This document shows positions 54,552 through 64,000 of a stretch of DNA of 64,000 nucleotides, piece after piece (the first letter of the stretch is position 1; the number at the start of each line of letters is the position of its first letter). The stretch comes from a virus: positions 1 to 64,000 of the IMG/VR virus record IMGVR_UViG_3300023184_002781; one strand, 5' to 3'. The notes beneath the pieces are model-generated. The model was not told the origin of the DNA and searched no databases. It saw only the letters and a list, made by a program, of their open reading frames with translations. The translations under genes and the position numbers were made by a program.

Positions 54552-56774
54552 TTAACCCTTAACGAGTAATCTTCCAGGGGATGGGAATCCTGCTGATGTT
54601 TGTGATACTGGATATAATCCGGATATAACATATACACGATTATCAGTATTTCCAGTTGGAGTAAAAGACCCAAAAATTCTTGTTCCATTTGTACTTTGAA
54701 GACCAACTCCAAATGGTGCTGCTGTTATTACAGCACTACCAGCACTAAGATATAAAGATTGTCCAGGAATAACAGCCGCTGGGTGATTAGGTACAACTCG
54801 AGAAACATAACCAGCAGCGGCTACGCCTGCAACAGCTCCTATTTTCTTAGAAGTAATTACAAGTTGGCCACGCATGGGTACAATAGCTAAATCGCCCTTG
54901 CTATCATATACACCGGATGCAGTACCTAGAGTAGAATAAGAATTAGCACCAGTTGCTCCATAGGTCCATGTTACTATACTAGAGGTGTTTAAATTAGCTG
55001 TATTAAATTCATAGATAAATGCAGCAGCACCTGAAACAAATAGATATGGTTTTGGAGACCATCCGCCACCAGTTAAGGAGGTTGCTGTATAATCCATCCA
55101 GAATGCACAAGGCGAATCACCCGGTGTTGTAGCAATGCCACCTGGCCAGCTTGCGGCATATTTAGGATTTACAATACTAAAACCGACACCAGTGTCAGAA
55201 GCAAACTTACTAAGTATAGGCAGACTTAGAGTTACTCCATTTACACCTGACTGACTAGCAAGATACACATTTCCCTGATAGTCCGGAACCGGAACACCAA
55301 AATTTGTAGCAACTACAGTAGCACTAGTTGCCTGGAACGATGCTGATAAAGTAAAGGTTGATCTATTAAAAGCAAAACACCAAGGTAAAGTTAAAGCGGA
55401 TCTAGATACACCATAAACATATTTTCCATCAATACCTAAATATGCTGTACCAGATGTAATAGTTGCAATTGTAGATGTAGTAAAATTTTCTGTATCTACT
55501 GAAACAATACCAGTGTTTAAAGAACCATAAACTGTTCTTGCACCATCAAATACAATATCAAGAATACCACTACCTGCAGAATGCGGAACCCTTAATGTAG
55601 TAGCACCATTGGCACCAGTACCCATATCATAGGTATAAATTCCTTGATTGGTACTTATCCATAAATTATTACCTACTGAAATAACTTTGGTTGCAGTAGT
55701 AAAAGAAGGAAGATTTGTAAAAAAAGCTGAAGTTCCGGTAGAAGCAGCATTGCTAGTAAGGAACGAATCATGCTCACAACCACCATTCAACGGTAATATT
55801 AAATTTTCTGTACTCGGGCCGCCAGCATTTGGCCAACCTCCCGTACTATCAATATTAACCATTACTGTATCTAATGCACCACCTAATGCTTTTGTAACCC
55901 CAGTATTATACATTCTTCCCAATGGCATATATTTTGAAATAGCATCTGCAGAAATAGGACTTGTTACAGTTTTTAAAGTATCCCAACCATACGTAGGAGC
56001 ACCGGTAGTGATACCATTTGCATAAGATGCTAAATGCAACATATTTACATCACGAGTAATAGCTAACGCTCCAGTTGGATAAATTGGTGGATACATTCCT
56101 CTATTAGTTACAGGAGCATATACAGATGCTGCCCTAGCACCAACTAATCCGTCAGCAGTCCTAGGGAATGCAAACATAACACTACTTGTAGTTAAAGAAG
56201 CAGCATTTCCATAAGGTGTTCCAAGTATTAAACTATTAGTCCATGCCCAATTTGGTGAAGGATTAGCAGCAGATGCGGTATCTTCAGCTGCTACACGTTC
56301 AAATTCAAATACACCAGACCAAAATCCTGGCTCGTTCTTAATAAATGACCAAAGCACACAATGTCTTTGAGTAGCATTTATTAAAATGATACTATCTTTG
56401 ATATCATATCCATGTGGGAATACTCCACCTCCACTCCATGTTTCATTTGTAGGAGCATGTGTAGATACATTCCACGATTCGCAAGTTGATGTGTATATAA
56501 CCAATTTAACTGTGTCAATACGTATAATAAAATATTTTGTCGTAACAGCAGCCGTTCCTATTGTATAATCAGCGTTAGGAGCAGTATAAACTAATGTTGT
56601 CATAGGACTATATAAATGTCCTGATGATGAGCCGCCTACTAGTGTATCAAGAAGAGTCCATCCACCTTTGGCCATTCCTTGTTGAATAGCACTGATAATA
56701 TTAGTAGATGATGTTTCATTAATAATATTAATTTTTAAGCTATTCGCAGTATATGATGAAGTTGTAATTGTCAT
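54552..56774 (-). CDS. Putative tail/fibre protein with beta-propeller-like C-terminal half
   Basis: 740 aa, S/T/G-rich; TATAAATA upstream. Confidence 0.55.
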   Translation of the reverse strand: MTITTSSYTANSLKINIINETSSTNIISAIQQGMAKGGWTLLDTLVGGSSSGHLYSPMTTLVYTAPNADYTIGTAAVTTKYFIIRIDTVKLVIYTSTCESWNVSTHAPTNETWSGGGVFPHGYDIKDSIILINATQRHCVLWSFIKNEPGFWSGVFEFERVAAEDTASAANPSPNWAWTNSLILGTPYGNAASLTTSSVMFAFPRTADGLVGARAASVYAPVTNRGMYPPIYPTGALAITRDVNMLHLASYANGITTGAPTYGWDTLKTVTSPISADAISKYMPLGRMYNTGVTKALGGALDTVMVNIDSTGGWPNAGGPSTENLILPLNGGCEHDSFLTSNAASTGTSAFFTNLPSFTTATKVISVGNNLWISTNQGIYTYDMGTGANGATTLRVPHSAGSGILDIVFDGARTVYGSLNTGIVSVDTENFTTSTIATITSGTAYLGIDGKYVYGVSRSALTLPWCFAFNRSTFTLSASFQATSATVVATNFGVPVPDYQGNVYLASQSGVNGVTLSLPILSKFASDTGVGFSIVNPKYAASWPGGIATTPGDSPCAFWMDYTATSLTGGGWSPKPYLFVSGAAAFIYEFNTANLNTSSIVTWTYGATGANSYSTLGTASGVYDSKGDLAIVPMRGQLVITSKKIGAVAGVAAAGYVSRVVPNHPAAVIPGQSLYLSAGSAVITAAPFGVGLQSTNGTRIFGSFTPTGNTDNRVYVISGLYPVSQTSAGFPSPGRLLVKG

Positions 56775-56843
56775 AATTTTCCCGTTATATACGCAGACAA
56801 TGCTGCAATTTTATTATATTTATACCTAAAATTCAGTTTAATA

Positions 56844-57680
56844 TTAAATAGGTTGATATACCAACTGTAGGTATAAATCAACTCCCGGATTTAAATTTGA
56901 ACCTACTGATAAAACATTAACAGTTAAATACTCGCCCGCCGCCAGGGCATATCCTGTAATATCAGGAGTAGTTGTTATTGAATTTGCTGGTATAGTTAAA
57001 TTTAACAATGTAACTGCATTTTTTACCAAAGTGAGATTAATATCTGCATCAGGTGCTACTCTAACTCTAGGTGTTATAGATGTTAAATTACATGCAAAGG
57101 GTGCATACCATCGAGCAAATCCTGTAAATACTACTAGATTCCCAGGTTGTTGTAATGTAATGGTATTAGCACCAATACTACCAGTGTATCCCGTATTACC
57201 TTTTGGACCACCTGTGGCTGTAACCTGCCAGGTAGCTCCATTATAAATAAATTCAAATGTACTACCTTTGAGATCTAAACTAATATCATCAGTCCCACCT
57301 TCTATGGTATTGCCATTCCTTAGTACAGTAACTGGATATCCATTACTTAGATCATTACCGTCTGTTAGTTGTATATAAGTACCGGTACTTGCAATTGCAG
57401 GTAATGTTACACTGAATGCTCCAAAGCTATTATTCAATATAATTCTATCACCGTCTATTGCTGTATAATTAGTAGATGTACTAAACCATGGATTAGTAGC
57501 AGATCCGCTAGGACCAGGAACTCCTCGACTACCAGTATAACCTACACTACCGGTATAACCTAGTGTTGTACTTGTGGCCTTCCAAAATCCAGTTTCGTTG
57601 CCTACCCATGTCCATGTTCTTTCACCTGCTGAAAAAACTGTGCCGTTAGTTGATGTTGTTGGAAAATTAATAGCTGTCAT
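56844..57680 (-). CDS. Tail fibre-related protein
   Basis: MTAINFP, GYTGS repeats, VTLP...RNGNTIEG...YNGATW. Confidence 0.65.
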   Translation of the reverse strand: MTAINFPTTSTNGTVFSAGERTWTWVGNETGFWKATSTTLGYTGSVGYTGSRGVPGPSGSATNPWFSTSTNYTAIDGDRIILNNSFGAFSVTLPAIASTGTYIQLTDGNDLSNGYPVTVLRNGNTIEGGTDDISLDLKGSTFEFIYNGATWQVTATGGPKGNTGYTGSIGANTITLQQPGNLVVFTGFARWYAPFACNLTSITPRVRVAPDADINLTLVKNAVTLLNLTIPANSITTTPDITGYALAAGEYLTVNVLSVGSNLNPGVDLYLQLVYQPI

Positions 57681-57702
57681 ATGTATATTTATTCGCTATG
57701 AG

Positions 57703-60700
57703 TTACCTATTGGATAATTTTATAGGTGGTACAAAAGATGCTGTATAACGGGCCAAACCTTTAGTAATACGTACATCTTCTATGTAACCTTGGAAATAAT
57801 TATTTGCAACAGTGCTGGTATTTCCAATTGTCAATGACCTTGAAATATTGAAATTATTTAAATCTGATATACTGGTAGCTAAAGCACCATTAACAAATAA
57901 TGATGTAACATTATTAGATCGAGCGGCTGCTATATGTGTCCATGTAGATGAATTAACAATTAATATAAAACTAGCTGTAGAACTAGCAACACTTGCATTA
58001 TAATATGAAAGTCTATTATTACTAACGAATAATCCACCCGCGGATCCCGCATGGTCTAATAAAACTGTGGTAGTACTTGCCCAGTTTGGACTTGTAGGAT
58101 AAACCCACATTTCCCAAGTAAAGTCATTGGCATTATAAGAAAAACCTGTACTACTAGAAACAGATAAGAAGTCAGAAGTTCCATTAAAACTAATACTATA
58201 TACATTATTTTTAGTTATTGTTCCCACAGTTAATGTACTTGTATTGGCCTTAACTACAGTATTACCGGAATATTCAACAGCTCTAGTATCAACAAATGTT
58301 GTTAATAAATTAGTAGTAGTACCTACTACAGTAGTTAGTGGTAATTTTGATGGATTAAAGTTTCCTGTATATAATGATGTACCTTTGACCACTCTTAGGT
58401 CGGACATAAAACCTTGATATATATATCCAGTACCATCCCATAATTTTCCTATCAATTGAGTTGTTCCCTGGGCATTCATATTGGTAATATTATTAGCTGA
58501 TGTTAAATCAAGCTGTCCATTAACAAAAACTCTTAACGTAGAATTTGTTCTTGTCCATGCAAGATGTGTCCAGATGCCAAGTTGAATGGTAGTTGGAGCG
58601 GTACGTGCTACGCCGTCATAAAATACTGCCTTAAGGACACCGCCACTGGTTATCATTCCAACTATCCATGGTACCGCTGCGGTACTTGTTCTTGCGTCAA
58701 TTACTGGCGCATAACCAGTAGGTATTGCTGTTGGATACACCCATACTTCTATAGTAAAATCTCCTGTACCAAAACTTAAAGCACCTTGTGCATAAACATT
58801 TAAAAAGTCTGTAGTACCATTGAAATACATGCTTAGATTTGAATTAAGATACACTGGTGAAAATGCTGAGGTTCTAAGTGTTCCAGTACCACCGATAAGA
58901 ATACTATATCCATTAATTGAATTTTCTTTTAGATATCCATTTTGCAATATTAATAATGATGTACTAATAGTAGAGGTAGTTGGATATGGAACAGTATCAG
59001 TGCTGGTTGTAAATAATGATCTAGGAAGATCACCTATATATGGTCCGAGATACAGAGATGAGCCTTTAATTAACCTAAAGTTACTCATATAACCATTAAA
59101 ATATTCAGTGGATCCTAAAATGCCACCTATATATAAAGACTCATTACTATCAGTAATTACTGAAGATGTGTTTAATATCCGGTATCCATTTACATATATG
59201 TTTACACTACTAGTTGGATATTCATATGTATAAGCAACATGGTTCCATGTACTACTAGATAATACCACAGTACTAGTTGAATAAGTTGTTCCGTCATAAA
59301 ACCCTATCCATCCTGTGCTTGAACTTAGATATCCTTGATATGATGTTGAAGGCTCGAGTTTTATACCAAACGGATATGTAGTTGCTGTATTAGTAAGCCC
59401 AAAATTACCAAAGGCAAACTTATTCAATGATTTATCAGTAAAACCAGTTTGTGTATTAATATTGTTTATCAGCAATGTTGTTGATGTATTACCAAGTGGA
59501 TTAATAGTCCAAGGAATAATTCCCCCAGCATTGGTAATAGTAAATCTGTTCATAGAATTATCTACAATATTATAAGATTGTGCAGTTAATAATACAGTAC
59601 CTGTATTATTTGTTGTAAATGGTCCCAAGCTAGATATTATCCCAGTGCCACTATAATCAGTTGTTGCTGCCCTATATATGCTAATATCTTCAAATTTTCT
59701 ATCAACAAGCAATAAGGTATATGATGCAGTATTAAATCCTGTTACATTTGTTCCCGAAGCCTGTGTAGTATAAAGGGGACTGCCTGGAGGTGTAAATGTA
59801 CCAGTATATACAGCTACGCCCTTAACTAATCTAAAATTGGTTAGATATCCGTAAAAACTACTACCCCCCGAGCTATTTCCCGTACCTAATCCTATTTGAG
59901 AATAGCCATAAGATCCTATTGGCTCAACAATAGTGCCAGTTGTATATTGTTGTGTTCCATTTACATACATTTTAAATGTACTAGCTGGGTAATTTCTTAC
60001 AGCAGCAACATGAGTCCATGAATTAAGACTTATTACACTATCAACTGTGGTATATGATCCTGCCCAAGCAATAATATTGTTTGGATTAGATCGAAATCCC
60101 AAAGCATTGTTGTTGGTTATGTAAAATTCTGCTATATTACGGGCAGTGCCGCCACCCCAGGCGCCAGTGGGGCCGGTGCCTAAACTCCAAATAACATAAT
60201 CTGTACCAGACCAGTCTATTTTATATATCCAACATTCTATGGTAAAACTTCCATAGCTTAAATCATAATCAGGTCTTAATACAGTTGTATATCTAATAGG
60301 GTTGACAGGGTTGCCAGGCGCAAAATCCAATGAGCTATTAACTACAACATCATTAGGAATAGCAAGGATATTTGTACTTGCGGTCTGAGTTGAAGTTAAT
60401 TGAGTAGTCGGTGGGGTAAAATTACCAGTATATATTGCAATATTTTTAACTATTCTAAGATTGCTAATAGCACCTTGGAAAATTTGTGCAGCAGTAACAG
60501 GTGCTCCTGAGCCAATGGTAAGAGTTGCGGTATTTGTAGGAATAACTCCATAAAAATTTTGACTAGCAACAGCAGTACCGTTTTGCCATAATATCCAATT
60601 GTCATTATTTCTAGTAAAAGCTATATGAGTCCATGTGGCGGTAGAAACAGGTATATATGAAGTTAAATTAATTCCCCACGAGGTGCCATTTAACGTAGCA

Positions 60701-63700
60701 AGAGCTTGAGGAAATAATGAATTGGTGGCAAAATTTAAATTAATACCGGCAAATGTAGCAGTAGTTGCTCTTTTAGACAATATGCTTCTTGTTGGAATTA
60801 TAGGTGTAGCTCGATATATCCAAGCCTCTACTGTAAAATCAGAAGATCCCATATTCAATGAGTCATCATTTGGTATAGAAAGATATTGAGTAGAACCACC
60901 ATCAAATTTAAAACTTGCCGTAGGGGGTGTTGGAATTGAAACACTAGGGCTACCCGATATATTGGCAGTTTGTGTTCTGCTTAATTGTGCAATCGGTGAT
61001 GTAAAATTTCCAGTATATACAGCACTACCAGTTACTATTCTAAGATTAGAAATATATCCTGCAAAATAGTTAGATGCAGCAGCAGCGTTTCTACCAATAT
61101 AAGTAGTGTAACCGAGATGATTTAATGTACTTGTACCAGACCCCTTAGATACTCCATTTACATAAATTTTACATTGTCCTGTTCCAGTTCCGGATCGTAC
61201 CATTGCAATATGATACCATTTACCTGTTGTTACAACAGCCGAAGCAGTTGCAACAACTAATGTTGATGCTCCTTCATACCAACTTAAACTACTATCAGTT
61301 TGAACAGCAAGTTGAACACCATTAAATGGTGTAGCGCCGCTGCGTGTATCTATAATAATCAAAGCTGCCGCAAACGATTGAGGTATATTGATCCAACATT
61401 CAACGGTCCAGGCTCCTGTACCAAATGTGCTTACACCGGCAGATACTGTTAGATATTTACTGACACCGTCAAATACCAAACTTCCGCCATAACCAACTAA
61501 AATTGTAGAAGCTGCTAATGTACCAAAAGAAGTTACACTAAGATCATAATCACTATAATCCACAATAGAATCCGAAGCTCCTAAAAATTGTCCTAATAAT
61601 AATTTTGTATAACTTGAGGTTGATATTGCTTGTGTATTAATACCACCATCAGGATTAGCAATCTGAGTAGTTTCTAGTCCCGGATATGGTAGATTAAAAT
61701 TATCATCTGTATATACAGCTACATCACTTACAATACGGAAATTTGATATGTATGCTTGTGCTGGATAACTTGCTGAAACATATGCACCAACTATTAAATT
61801 TGTAATTAATGAATAATCTGTTGTATCATTTCTTGATACAATATACCCGATACCATCCATAAACAATTTTAATACTGTTCCAAAACGAACCAACGCTATA
61901 TGATACCATGTATTTGGATTAAGTTGAAGAGTCTCTGGAGATCCATACGTATTAAATAGTTGAGTGTATGTTCCGCCTGTGCCATAATATACTATCCATC
62001 CTCCTGTTGCTGCTGCTAATGCAAGATATGGAACACCTGCTGAGTTTCCAAAATCAGTCAGAGAAAAATGAAAAATTCCGTTATTAACAGGTCGAGCCGG
62101 AAAATTAACCCAACATTCAATGGTAAAGTCACCTGAAAGATACGGTAAGAATGGCGGATATGTTGAACTTACTCCAAGATAACCATTGCTAAAATATATA
62201 CTATTGTATGTAGGGGCGCCTGAAGAGGGGTTACGTTTTGCAAATAAAATACTATTAGTATCAGTACCATAATATCCTGCAGGTTTTACCCAAGTTTCAA
62301 TAGTCCAACCTAGACTATTGGATAAATCTAAATTTGATTTATCCGCTATATTTAAATAATTATTGTTAAAATATGTACTATAATTTTTACCAAATGGTGC
62401 AAACCCTTGAAATGTTGTAGCAGTAGTTGAGTTAGTTATAGTAAATGCGTTTAGTGATCTGTCTATAAATGTAGTATCTGTACTTGATAGTGTTAAAAAT
62501 GAACTATTTGTAACAGTGGTTATTTCACCTTCAACTGGTGTAAAACCTAAACTATATTTGGCCAAGCCTTTTATCACATGTATATTATTAATATAACCAT
62601 TAAATGTAGTTGCTGTACTACCAGTTAAAGCTGCACCAATACTAACATTTATAGTGCTGGTAGCAGTGGTAAGTCCGCCGCCGGACAAATTAACCGATGG
62701 TAGTCCAGTATTACTATAGGTTACTCCACCAACATTGGTTATTGTAACCGGGCTGCTGCTCGAATCTACTATTTTATTAGCGTCACTGGCAACTAATAAT
62801 AACATGCTTGTATTGGTAATATTAGATAATGGAACTACTGGTGTAAAGTTAGATGTATAAACTGCTGTACCTTTAACTACACGTAAATTGGTAATATAAC
62901 CATTAAACGTATAGCCAGACGATAATGGAACATTACCATCTGTACCAATAGTTGGTCTATTGGTGCCGTTTAACCAATTTGTAGTATTCGTGACGCTATT
63001 GACTTGTACACCATTGACATATGCAGTTTGAGTTGTACCACTCCTACAAACCGCAACGTGATACCAAGTGTTAAGAGAAATTGTACCTGCACCTGCATAA
63101 AATTCACCAGCAGGACCTACGCCAATCACTAAATGATTAGCAGTACTGCCTGTTCCAGCCGGTCGAGAATCATATATATTTCCATTAGTTACCGAGCGGG
63201 CAATTTGATATATCCACATTTCAACTGTGAAGTCACCTGTACCAAATGCAAATTGTGAATTAGTTCCAGATACATATAGATATTGTGTTGAACCATTAAA
63301 AACTAACTTACCAGCAGCAGTAGAAATAACAGAACCAGCAACATTATTCCCTACAACTTTACCATTGATATACAATGATATTAAACCAAAAGTTCTCGTA
63401 AAGGCAACATGTGACCAAACGCTTAATGGAACAACCGAAGATGATACTATACTAGATTGAAGACCAATAAGACCATATCGAATATTTAAATATCCCACAG
63501 GTGTAATCATTAATGCCCAATCTAATGTTGAGGAAGGGTAATTAATTGATCCTATAATTACAGATCCAAAATATATATTTCGAGCAACGGGATATACCCA
63601 TGCTTCTATTGTAAAATCACCACTACCAAATGCAAATGCTGTAGATGTACCTGTGCTAACAATCAAATAATTGTTTATACCGTTAAAATATGCACTACCA

Positions 63701-64000
63701 ACTCCACCAAATGGTGACAACGCTTGTTGAAAAACAGTGCTAGTTGATGGTTTATTCAATACAAAATTATTTACTGAATTATCTTTAAACTCAGGTGCAT
63801 TATTTTGTAAAATTAATAATACGGTATTTGTAACACTGGTTAATGCTTTTGTTGGAACAGTAAAAGTTGGCCGATAAACAGCCGTTCCTACTACTATTCT
63901 AACATTAGATACATATCCAAACAATGTTTGATTACTAGCAGTGATTGGGCTATTAATAAAAAGTGTTTGTATTGATAAGGCAGTAGCATCTGCTGTTGAA
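57703..64000 (-). CDS. Giant LamG/concanavalin-A-like repeat protein (start beyond the window)
   Basis: About nine DFT(I/V)ExW...W(Y/T)H(V/I)A...GY(I/M)SN(L/F)R modules; the frame stays open from 63924 to 64000. Confidence 0.85.
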   Translation of the reverse strand, partial: STADATALSIQTLFINSPITASNQTLFGYVSNVRIVVGTAVYRPTFTVPTKALTSVTNTVLLILQNNAPEFKDNSVNNFVLNKPSTSTVFQQALSPFGGVGSAYFNGINNYLIVSTGTSTAFAFGSGDFTIEAWVYPVARNIYFGSVIIGSINYPSSTLDWALMITPVGYLNIRYGLIGLQSSIVSSSVVPLSVWSHVAFTRTFGLISLYINGKVVGNNVAGSVISTAAGKLVFNGSTQYLYVSGTNSQFAFGTGDFTVEMWIYQIARSVTNGNIYDSRPAGTGSTANHLVIGVGPAGEFYAGAGTISLNTWYHVAVCRSGTTQTAYVNGVQVNSVTNTTNWLNGTNRPTIGTDGNVPLSSGYTFNGYITNLRVVKGTAVYTSNFTPVVPLSNITNTSMLLLVASDANKIVDSSSSPVTITNVGGVTYSNTGLPSVNLSGGGLTTATSTINVSIGAALTGSTATTFNGYINNIHVIKGLAKYSLGFTPVEGEITTVTNSSFLTLSSTDTTFIDRSLNAFTITNSTTATTFQGFAPFGKNYSTYFNNNYLNIADKSNLDLSNSLGWTIETWVKPAGYYGTDTNSILFAKRNPSSGAPTYNSIYFSNGYLGVSSTYPPFLPYLSGDFTIECWVNFPARPVNNGIFHFSLTDFGNSAGVPYLALAAATGGWIVYYGTGGTYTQLFNTYGSPETLQLNPNTWYHIALVRFGTVLKLFMDGIGYIVSRNDTTDYSLITNLIVGAYVSASYPAQAYISNFRIVSDVAVYTDDNFNLPYPGLETTQIANPDGGINTQAISTSSYTKLLLGQFLGASDSIVDYSDYDLSVTSFGTLAASTILVGYGGSLVFDGVSKYLTVSAGVSTFGTGAWTVECWINIPQSFAAALIIIDTRSGATPFNGVQLAVQTDSSLSWYEGASTLVVATASAVVTTGKWYHIAMVRSGTGTGQCKIYVNGVSKGSGTSTLNHLGYTTYIGRNAAAASNYFAGYISNLRIVTGSAVYTGNFTSPIAQLSRTQTANISGSPSVSIPTPPTASFKFDGGSTQYLSIPNDDSLNMGSSDFTVEAWIYRATPIIPTRSILSKRATTATFAGINLNFATNSLFPQALATLNGTSWGINLTSYIPVSTATWTHIAFTRNNDNWILWQNGTAVASQNFYGVIPTNTATLTIGSGAPVTAAQIFQGAISNLRIVKNIAIYTGNFTPPTTQLTSTQTASTNILAIPNDVVVNSSLDFAPGNPVNPIRYTTVLRPDYDLSYGSFTIECWIYKIDWSGTDYVIWSLGTGPTGAWGGGTARNIAEFYITNNNALGFRSNPNNIIAWAGSYTTVDSVISLNSWTHVAAVRNYPASTFKMYVNGTQQYTTGTIVEPIGSYGYSQIGLGTGNSSGGSSFYGYLTNFRLVKGVAVYTGTFTPPGSPLYTTQASGTNVTGFNTASYTLLLVDRKFEDISIYRAATTDYSGTGIISSLGPFTTNNTGTVLLTAQSYNIVDNSMNRFTITNAGGIIPWTINPLGNTSTTLLINNINTQTGFTDKSLNKFAFGNFGLTNTATTYPFGIKLEPSTSYQGYLSSSTGWIGFYDGTTYSTSTVVLSSSTWNHVAYTYEYPTSSVNIYVNGYRILNTSSVITDSNESLYIGGILGSTEYFNGYMSNFRLIKGSSLYLGPYIGDLPRSLFTTSTDTVPYPTTSTISTSLLILQNGYLKENSINGYSILIGGTGTLRTSAFSPVYLNSNLSMYFNGTTDFLNVYAQGALSFGTGDFTIEVWVYPTAIPTGYAPVIDARTSTAAVPWIVGMITSGGVLKAVFYDGVARTAPTTIQLGIWTHLAWTRTNSTLRVFVNGQLDLTSANNITNMNAQGTTQLIGKLWDGTGYIYQGFMSDLRVVKGTSLYTGNFNPSKLPLTTVVGTTTNLLTTFVDTRAVEYSGNTVVKANTSTLTVGTITKNNVYSISFNGTSDFLSVSSSTGFSYNANDFTWEMWVYPTSPNWASTTTVLLDHAGSAGGLFVSNNRLSYYNASVASSTASFILIVNSSTWTHIAAARSNNVTSLFVNGALATSISDLNNFNISRSLTIGNTSTVANNYFQGYIEDVRITKGLARYTASFVPPIKLSNR

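Noticed and set aside
1-64000. Stop-codon reassignment as seen in some large phages
   Set aside because: Core genes are intact in code 11, and TAA, TAG and TGA all end genes at expected positions.
1-64000. Bacterial chromosome origin, suggested by dnaK, clpX, rpsU and nrdAB
   Set aside because: No dnaJ/grpE or clpP/tig synteny; virion genes, a PAAR protein, TAAATA promoters and dense small ORFs indicate a phage.

Overview
A 64-kb segment of a large, AT-rich tailed phage genome with T4-like regulation. Almost all genes lie on the minus strand and read in the standard genetic code. The host is probably a betaproteobacterium, inferred from the porin type, DnaK signature, phasin/DUF3563-like genes and tmRNA tag. 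The left two-thirds is rich in host-like genes: DnaK, Hsp20, ClpS, ClpX, bS21, heme oxygenase plus a ferredoxin-dependent bilin reductase, a stand-alone HemA dimerisation-like domain, an S11 peptidase, a porin, rubrerythrin/rubredoxin, NrdAB plus glutaredoxin, an MTase/endonuclease pair, glyco-/methyl-/sulfotransferases and a radical SAM enzyme. The right third holds head-associated late genes, a PAAR-amidase fusion, a phasin island, a secreted nuclease and tail/fibre proteins with Gly-rich and LamG repeats. Signals missed by the ORF track include a circularly permuted two-piece tmRNA (tag ANDSQFALAA), duplicated ROSE-like leaders on hsp20 and dnaK, two candidate structured RNAs, about 24 TAAATA late-promoter motifs (several inside RBS-occluding hairpins), consensus sigma70 promoters, PhaR-, OxyR- and ECF-like sites, a 32-bp direct repeat bracketing a two-methyltransferase cassette, and several small ORFs. 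All family assignments come from motifs recognised by eye; no database search was run.
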